Below, one piece after another: positions 58,000 to 64,000 of a DNA stretch of 64,000 nucleotides; position 1 is the first letter of the stretch; the number at the start of each line of letters is the position of its first letter. The position numbers were made by a program, and so were the translations under genes. Origin of the DNA: a bacterium (GTDB lineage Bacteria > Patescibacteriota > Dojkabacteria > SC72); the NCBI GenBank assembly GCA_022840695.1, contig JALHDC010000002.1, positions 91,374 through 155,373 of the forward strand, written 5' to 3'. The notes beneath the pieces are model-generated. The model worked only from the letters and a program-made list of their open reading frames with translations. It was not told the DNA's origin and ran no database searches.

Positions 58000-60719
58000 T
58001 CATGGCAATAACTTTTAAGGGAACAAACAAAACATTAGTAGGATACCATAACAGAGATAATGGGAAATTTGGCATGGTCGAAAACAAATATCCGATATTT
58101 GAAAATGAAAATGAATCTATATTTACCTTAACAAGAGATCACTTTTTTAGCATAACTACACCTCAAATTGAAGCACTTTTAAGTAATTTTCTTAGGTATA
58201 AGAAGTTTAATGATACAAAAAGAATAGTTGCAAATATCCTCGTTATACCGGGTTTGGTCATTGCATTTGGATTTATGCTTAAATACTCAACATTGTTAGA
58301 TTCGTTTCCTGTAATAGTAGATCTACTTGGTTCTAAATTTATTAATTTTCTCTTTGGAATATCAATTCTGAGTGTAATAGCTCTCTGGCATGATTTCTAT
58401 GAAGAAAAAAGTCATCCAATTCAACTTCCCGAGATTAAAGCTATTCCTCAAAAAGATATAGATGAAATAAAAGGGAGTGGATTTAAATTTGGTAGATATG
58501 CTCATCTTGAAACAATTAATTTCCTTAATGATGAGACTTTAGAATTGCTTTGTACATTTAATCAAAACAATACATTTAAAACTTCTTGGCTTTTAAGAGA
58601 TCTTGTAGAATCAAATTTTGAAGTACAGCAGATTATAAGGAGAACAGGGGTGGATATCACAGTAGAACTACTTGATCAGGAGGAGATAAATGAGAGTAGT
58701 ATTCCAGAATTCCCTGTAACAGGATTACGAAGCTTCCTAACATACACATTAGAGGAGGCATTGCTAACAAATAGCAAAGAGATTCAACCTCAGCACCTGT
58801 TTTTAGCAATAACAAAAATATTTCCGAAGTTTGAGAAGTTTTTGTTAAAGAACGGATTAAATATTGATATCCTCAGAGAGATTTGTTCGTATAACAACGA
58901 AATGACATATAGAAGAAATCGAACTAAATATTTAGATCCAAACATATCGTACTATAGAAAAGGAGGAGTAGCTGGACAATGGATATATGGCTATACATTC
59001 ATCCTAAGTCATTTTAGTAAAGATTTGAACAAGGTGGTTTCTGAATCGAAGGATATCTTTGGTATTGGACATGATGATGAGATAGAGGCTTTAGCATCAA
59101 CTTTAGGTAAACTTAGTAATAAAAATGCATTACTTATAGGAGAACCTGGAGTAGGGAAATCCAGCCTAATCTTAGGACTTGCACAGAGAATCAATTCAGG
59201 AGATGTACCAGTACAACTTAAAGAAAAGAGGATTATACAGCTAGATCTTAATGGTTTAATAGCAGTATCAAAGAAGGAAAGAAATATTGAAGAACTCATC
59301 ATAAAAGCGATGAAAGAATTGGAGAATGCTGGTAATACAATACTATACATAGATGAGATGCAAGAGTTAATACCTAGAAAAGCAGAGGAATCTAATCACT
59401 CTGTAGCAGGTATGCTTTTGCCATATATATTAAATAGTAAATTTCCAATAGTTGGCACAACCAATTATTCCGATTATAAAAGATATTTCTATAGTAGTGA
59501 GTCATTAAGACAAAGCTTTACAAATATTGAAGTTAAGGAGGTTTCAGCGAAAGATACCCTTACTATACTTGAGAGTAAGATTCCTTCTTTGGAGAGAAAT
59601 TTTGAATGCTTTTTAACATTTCCTGCACTATTTGCATCTGTAGAAATGGCACAAAGATATATCAAAGAGAGGAAGTTACCGAGTAGTGCTGTAGAAACAT
59701 TAGAAGCTACATGTGCATGGGCTCAATCTAACAGTATACAGAAAATAACAACTGAACATGTTTCTAAATCCATATCTATACAAAAGAATATTAATGTAAC
59801 AGCTATAGATCAAGAGGAGAGTAATAGGTTGATTAAGTTGGAAGAGAATATTAAAGCTAGGGTGATAGGTCAGGAAGAAGCCATAGTTGCAGTTACAGAG
59901 GCTCTAAGAAGAGCCAGAACTGATATAAGGAATCCTGAGAAGCCAATTGGTGTATTCCTCTTTGTAGGGCCTACAGGAGTTGGTAAAACCCATTTGGCAA
60001 AGGTAGTAGGGGAGGAATTTTTTGGTATTGAAGAGAACATTGTGAGGATTGATATGTCAGAATATCAAGAGATTGAGAGTATACAGAAGTTTCTTGGCTC
60101 ATCAACTTCTAAAGATTTTGGTCAAACATCCATTACTTTGTTAGATAAAGTAAAGAGTAATCCTCATACTGTGGTTCTTTTTGATGAAATAGAGAAGGCA
60201 CATGCAAATATTTTAGACCTCTTCCTACAGCTATTTGATGAAGGAAGATTGACTAGTACATACGGAGAAACTATCGATTTTACAAATACAATAATAATAT
60301 GCACAAGTAATATTGGAAGTGCAATGTTGTTAGAATCATTAGGGAAGGATCATTCTTTGTGGGATGAAGCTAAGAACAGAGTTCTTCTTGAGGTTCGACA
60401 ATCTTTAAGACCAGAATTAATTAACAGGTTTGACCAAATAATTGTGTTTAACCCTCATGATCTAAAGAACTTAGCAAGTATAGCAACACTTCTCTTAGAA
60501 GATCTCGCTAAAAGGCTTAGTAGCAAGGATATTTTAATTAAATGGTCTGATCAGATACCCATGTTAATCGCAAACAAAGCTAATGAACCTGGATTAGGTG
60601 CTAGACCTTTAAGAAGATATATACAAGACAGAATAGAGGGACAATTGGCAAAAGGAATTATTGAACAAAGTATAAGTGCGGGAGAGGAAATAGAGATAAA
60701 AGAAAGTTGGATAGTATAA
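57996..60719 (+). CDS. ClpA/B/C-family AAA+ ATPase with N-terminal TM helices
   Basis: GEPGVGKS, LYIDE, GPTGVGKT, RIDMSEY, LFDEIEKAH, GARPLRR; two hydrophobic N-terminal segments. Confidence 0.9.
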   Translation: MIMAITFKGTNKTLVGYHNRDNGKFGMVENKYPIFENENESIFTLTRDHFFSITTPQIEALLSNFLRYKKFNDTKRIVANILVIPGLVIAFGFMLKYSTLLDSFPVIVDLLGSKFINFLFGISILSVIALWHDFYEEKSHPIQLPEIKAIPQKDIDEIKGSGFKFGRYAHLETINFLNDETLELLCTFNQNNTFKTSWLLRDLVESNFEVQQIIRRTGVDITVELLDQEEINESSIPEFPVTGLRSFLTYTLEEALLTNSKEIQPQHLFLAITKIFPKFEKFLLKNGLNIDILREICSYNNEMTYRRNRTKYLDPNISYYRKGGVAGQWIYGYTFILSHFSKDLNKVVSESKDIFGIGHDDEIEALASTLGKLSNKNALLIGEPGVGKSSLILGLAQRINSGDVPVQLKEKRIIQLDLNGLIAVSKKERNIEELIIKAMKELENAGNTILYIDEMQELIPRKAEESNHSVAGMLLPYILNSKFPIVGTTNYSDYKRYFYSSESLRQSFTNIEVKEVSAKDTLTILESKIPSLERNFECFLTFPALFASVEMAQRYIKERKLPSSAVETLEATCAWAQSNSIQKITTEHVSKSISIQKNINVTAIDQEESNRLIKLEENIKARVIGQEEAIVAVTEALRRARTDIRNPEKPIGVFLFVGPTGVGKTHLAKVVGEEFFGIEENIVRIDMSEYQEIESIQKFLGSSTSKDFGQTSITLLDKVKSNPHTVVLFDEIEKAHANILDLFLQLFDEGRLTSTYGETIDFTNTIIICTSNIGSAMLLESLGKDHSLWDEAKNRVLLEVRQSLRPELINRFDQIIVFNPHDLKNLASIATLLLEDLAKRLSSKDILIKWSDQIPMLIANKANEPGLGARPLRRYIQDRIEGQLAKGIIEQSISAGEEIEIKESWIV

Positions 60720-60724
60720 TGATA

Positions 60725-60753
60725 TTGAAATATCTGTATATATTACATATAAT
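60725..60753 (+). promoter_or_regulatory. Sigma70 promoter of rpmF-nusB-rnc
   Basis: TTGAAA-17-TATAAT. Confidence 0.7.
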
Positions 60754-60783
60754 CACAGAGCTATAATATATAAATAACAAATC

Positions 60784-60948
60784 ATGGGAGCACTACCAAA
60801 AAGAAGAATATCAAAGGGAAGAAAGAACAGAAGAAGAGCACACAATGCCTTAGAGGTTAAGTCTGTATCTAAATGTCCAAAGTGTGGTAATGTAAAAAGA
60901 AGCCACTTTGAATGCGAATATTGTGGTAACTATAAAAAAAGTAAGTAA
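60784..60948 (+). CDS. rpmF: 50S ribosomal protein L32 (not in ORF track)
   Basis: MGALPKRRISKGRKNRRRAH...CPKCG...HFECEYCGNY; 54 aa. Confidence 0.96.
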   Translation: MGALPKRRISKGRKNRRRAHNALEVKSVSKCPKCGNVKRSHFECEYCGNYKKSK

Positions 60949-60954
60949 AAGATT

Positions 60955-61398
60955 ATGAAAAGGTCTACAGACCCAAGACATCAAGCTAGGATACTTGCAT
61001 TACAAGAGCTATTTTCGAAATATTTCAATATTAAAAATATTCCTGTAGAGGAGATTTCTGTTAAAGAATTAGTAGAGATTAATGAGATGGGGGAGTACAA
61101 TGAAGATCTCTATGAGAAAATATTAACTGGAGTTACAGAGAATACAGAAGAAATAGACAAAGTGATATCACAGTATGCTCCTCAGTGGCCAATTACTCAA
61201 ATTAAATCTGTTGATCTACAAATATTAAGAATAGCTATTTTTGAAGGATTCATAGGGAAGATAACCCCACCAAAGGTAGCAATTGATGAAGCAATTGAGG
61301 TCGCAAAGGATTTTGGAGGAGAAATAAGTAGCAAATTTGTAAATGGTGTACTTGGAGCAATATATGAACAAACTAAAAAGGAGGAAGGAAATGAATAA
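60955..61398 (+). CDS. nusB: Transcription antitermination factor NusB
   Basis: RHQARILALQELF, VDLQILRIA, VAIDEAIEVAKDFG, FVNGVLG. Confidence 0.96.
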   Translation: MKRSTDPRHQARILALQELFSKYFNIKNIPVEEISVKELVEINEMGEYNEDLYEKILTGVTENTEEIDKVISQYAPQWPITQIKSVDLQILRIAIFEGFIGKITPPKVAIDEAIEVAKDFGGEISSKFVNGVLGAIYEQTKKEEGNE

Positions 61399-62080
61399 TG
61401 AAGAGTTAGAGAAAAAACTAGGAATATCTTTTTCAGATAAATCTTTGATTATAAAAGCCTTAACACACAGGTCATATCTTAATGAAAATAGGGATAAGGA
61501 TTTACAAAATAATGAAAGATTAGAATTTTTAGGTGATGCTGTATTGGAGTTAATAATTTCCTTTAAACTATTTGAGAAATACCCAGATAAACCGGAGGGG
61601 GAATTAACAGGTATTAGATCCGCATTGGTAAGGACAGAAAGCTTAGCCCAACAGTCACGAGATTTAGAAGTTGGCAAGCATCTTTTAATGTCCAGAGGAG
61701 AGGAAGATTCAGGAGGTAGAGATAAAGATTATCTTCTTGCAAATACATACGAAGCAATTTTAGGTGCAATATATTTAGATAGTGGATATGAATCATGTAG
61801 AACTTTTGTAGAGAATACTTTGCTTAAAAAAGTTGATGAGATTGTTGATAACGAGCTATTCATTGATCCTAAAACTAAGGTTCAGGAGTTAATTCAAGCA
61901 AAATATAAAGTGACTCCAACATATCAAATAGTAAAAGAGGAAGGACCAGATCATGAAAAATACTTTACTGTAGTATTAAAGGTAAATAAAAAGAAATTAA
62001 GTGAAGGATATGGTGCAAGCAAGCAAAAAGCAGAAGAGGATGCTGCACAAAAAGCTGTTAAATTATTAGAAGAGTCATAA
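61391..62080 (+). CDS. rnc: Ribonuclease III
   Basis: ALTHRSY, NERLEFLGDAVL, C-terminal dsRBD. ATG at 61391. Confidence 0.97.
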   Translation: MNNEELEKKLGISFSDKSLIIKALTHRSYLNENRDKDLQNNERLEFLGDAVLELIISFKLFEKYPDKPEGELTGIRSALVRTESLAQQSRDLEVGKHLLMSRGEEDSGGRDKDYLLANTYEAILGAIYLDSGYESCRTFVENTLLKKVDEIVDNELFIDPKTKVQELIQAKYKVTPTYQIVKEEGPDHEKYFTVVLKVNKKKLSEGYGASKQKAEEDAAQKAVKLLEES

Positions 62081-62121
62081 AATCCTTGAATTAAGGTATT
62101 TGATTTGATAGAATTCAATCC

Positions 62122-62424
62122 ATGTTAAAAATAAGATTAAAAAGAACAGGAAGAAGAGGACAGCCACATTACAGAATTGTGGTTATGGAATCTAGCAAAC
62201 CTAGAGATGGGAGAACTATCGAAGAGTTAGGTTACTACAATCCTAGGAATAATCCTACAACATTTGATTTTGATAAAGAGAGAGTAGAGTATTGGTTGGC
62301 CAGTGGAGCTCAACCTTCAGATACTGTAGCTCAATATTTTGTTAAAGCAGGAATTCTAAAGAGTTTAAAAAGAGGTTCTACCAAGCCAAACACAGAGAAG
62401 AAGACAAAAGATAAGAAAGAGTAG
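62122..62424 (+). CDS. rpsP: 30S ribosomal protein S16
   Basis: MLKIRLKRTG, PHYRIVV, RDGRTIEELGYYNP, GAQPSDTV. TTGAAT-17-TAGAAT promoter 7 nt upstream. Confidence 0.98.
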   Translation: MLKIRLKRTGRRGQPHYRIVVMESSKPRDGRTIEELGYYNPRNNPTTFDFDKERVEYWLASGAQPSDTVAQYFVKAGILKSLKRGSTKPNTEKKTKDKKE

Positions 62425-62459
62425 TATAATATTTTTAATAAAATATATTTTAGGTAGAA

Positions 62460-62780
62460 ATGAAAGAGCTATTAGAACACATTGTTAAGTCAATTGTTAA
62501 TAATCCCGATGAAGTCACGATAGAGGAGAGGGAAAGTATAGATTTTCCTGGTCTTACTATATTGACTATTGATGTCGCAGAATCAGATAAGGGAGTCGTC
62601 ATAGGAAGAAAAGGAAGAACCATCAACTCAATAAGAGATTTAGTAACAATAAATGCTATTAGGAACGAGAGAAGAGTGAAGGTTTTGTTGAAAGATGATA
62701 ACTCACATAGAACAGAAGATGTTCCTTCTGAGAATGTCGAAGAGAATAATGAAAATATGTTAATAGACGAGGATCTTTAA
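62460..62780 (+). CDS. khpA: KH-domain RNA-binding protein KhpA
   Basis: DKGVVIGRKGRTINSIR; follows rpsP. Confidence 0.9.
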   Translation: MKELLEHIVKSIVNNPDEVTIEERESIDFPGLTILTIDVAESDKGVVIGRKGRTINSIRDLVTINAIRNERRVKVLLKDDNSHRTEDVPSENVEENNENMLIDEDL

Positions 62781-62782
62781 TC

Positions 62783-63511
62783 TCATCTTAATTTTTCTGC
62801 TTTCTGTCCAAATATATCCACTATGTCTTGGTATCTTGTGTAGTTTGTAAATGGAGCATATAAATCAGCTGTTATTGTACCTTCTGGGACATAATAACCT
62901 GTTACATTTAAGGTAACTCTCCATTCTTCTCCTGATTGTCTAAGAGAAACATTCTCAGAGGAGATAATGTAAGGGGAGGCAGAATAGAGGCTATCAAGAA
63001 AATCTAATATGTTTTCCAAAGTTCCATTGTATGCTAATGGTCCGCTCACACCTAAGTATGATTTTTTCTCCTTCTCATCTTCAACGGTTTTACTTACAGT
63101 AACTTGAATATCACCAGCAGATAGTGAACGAGATGTTAATCTTTTTTCATTAGCTAAGGTATCTATATAATACATAAAGCTAGATACTCTCAATGTCTTA
63201 GGAATAACTTCTTTGGCATTTAATAAATCTATTTGGAAAGTTCCTTCATCGATACTTTTTAATTGAGCTTCTAAATTTGTTAAAGCTTCTTCTTTCTCTT
63301 TAATTTCACGATATTCACCTCTAAAATTTATAGCTGATTTAACCATTGGAACAAATACAAATAGGGCTAACATTATCAATATTATTCCTGATGCCAAAGG
63401 TATAATAATATCGTTTATTCCCAGCCTAGAAGCCTTAATTTTTTCACTTATTGCTTCTATTTCTTTCTTTGTTCTGGTTTGTCCAGAATTTTTATCAATT
63501 ATATCTGCCAT
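62783..63511 (-). CDS. PilO-like type IV pilus assembly protein
   Basis: TM, coiled coil and ferredoxin-like C-terminus (G..ENILDFLDSL); follows a PilN-like gene. Confidence 0.6.
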   Translation of the reverse strand: MADIIDKNSGQTRTKKEIEAISEKIKASRLGINDIIIPLASGIILIMLALFVFVPMVKSAINFRGEYREIKEKEEALTNLEAQLKSIDEGTFQIDLLNAKEVIPKTLRVSSFMYYIDTLANEKRLTSRSLSAGDIQVTVSKTVEDEKEKKSYLGVSGPLAYNGTLENILDFLDSLYSASPYIISSENVSLRQSGEEWRVTLNVTGYYVPEGTITADLYAPFTNYTRYQDIVDIFGQKAEKLR

Positions 63512-64000
63512 TAATTTGTAAACTGATCTAATTTCAATTCACCTACAAAAGAGTATCGTACACCATCTTCTCCTTTAGAGATAGATTTGAGATTAATATT
63601 TCCTATTTTAGAATCATTTGTCAAAAGATACCAAAGTTTTGCGACATCTTCTAAATCTGTAGATTCTCCACTGAAAGCAAATGCATTACTTCCAGAGAAA
63701 GAAAATTCACTTAATTTACTGCTACCACTTTTTACAGCAATACTTTGAACATAGTCTATAACTGATTTGGTAGAGAATTTTCCTTCTTCTATATCCTTAT
63801 ACAGCATAACCCTTTCTAATATCTCAGTATTATCTACTACAAGTTGACTATATGCAGATACTCTTTTTTCATGCTCATTTAATCTTTCTCTTTCTGCATT
63901 TAATTGAATTTTTGAAAGAATATTAAAACCAACAACTATGATAGAGACAGAGAAGAGAATGGACAAGCTTACCAATGCACTTTTGTTCATTTTCTTCTTT
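63511..64000 (-). CDS. PilN-like protein (5' end probably beyond the window)
   Basis: TM, coiled coil, FSGESTDLEDVAKL; frame stays open to the window edge. Confidence 0.55.
   Translation of the reverse strand, partial: KKKMNKSALVSLSILFSVSIIVVGFNILSKIQLNAERERLNEHEKRVSAYSQLVVDNTEILERVMLYKDIEEGKFSTKSVIDYVQSIAVKSGSSKLSEFSFSGSNAFAFSGESTDLEDVAKLWYLLTNDSKIGNINLKSISKGEDGVRYSFVGELKLDQFTN

Noticed and set aside
61343-61390. Extended rnc start overlapping nusB
   Set aside because: The RNase III sequence begins at ATG 61391, which is preceded by a GAGGAAGGAA purine tract.
800-61796. Numerous 60-210 aa ORFs antisense to or nested in recognised genes (e.g. 800-1186, 16234-16863, 22671-23138, 36579-37052, 61225-61677)
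   Set aside because: These are shadow frames of well-supported genes, with Ser/Phe/Ile-rich composition and no motifs.

Overview
AT-rich 64-kb chromosomal segment, standard genetic code. It is probably from a Patescibacteria/CPR genome (Dojkabacteria/WS6-like); this is an inference from the trigger factor lacking its PPIase domain, the membrane-anchored Clp ATPase, the DUF2341 surface protein and the near absence of Shine-Dalgarno sites. Most of the window is housekeeping: murG-murA, murF, mraZ-rsmH-ftsL-ftsI-mraY, tatD, rsmI, truB, rarA, tyrS, rel, recG, thrS-infC-rpmI-rplT-pheST, PBP1A, mutS, tig-clpP, typA, dus, rpmF-nusB-rnc, rpsP-khpA, pilO/pilN. The most striking non-standard feature lies downstream of tRNA-Val(GAC) at 45019-45092. 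There, single-gene units (YecM/VOC, GNAT, 2H phosphoesterase, Erm-like methylase, GNAT) alternate in orientation and are each separated by degenerate copies of a tRNA 3' end. Several copies carry the CCA that the resident tRNA gene lacks, and no integrase is present in the window. Other notable signals: a Thr-codon leader peptide overlapping a terminator-like hairpin before thrS; three-arm antiterminator/terminator switches directly after the tyrS and rplT stop codons; catalytically degenerate MraY, PEP-synthase and Rel-hydrolase domains; a surface protein with phage tail-fibre-like HxH repeats; a sortase with a frameshifted LPxAG substrate; a GGGTCWGACCC REP-like repeat family; and pervasive leaderless promoters. 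All product calls come from motif recognition by eye, not from database searches.
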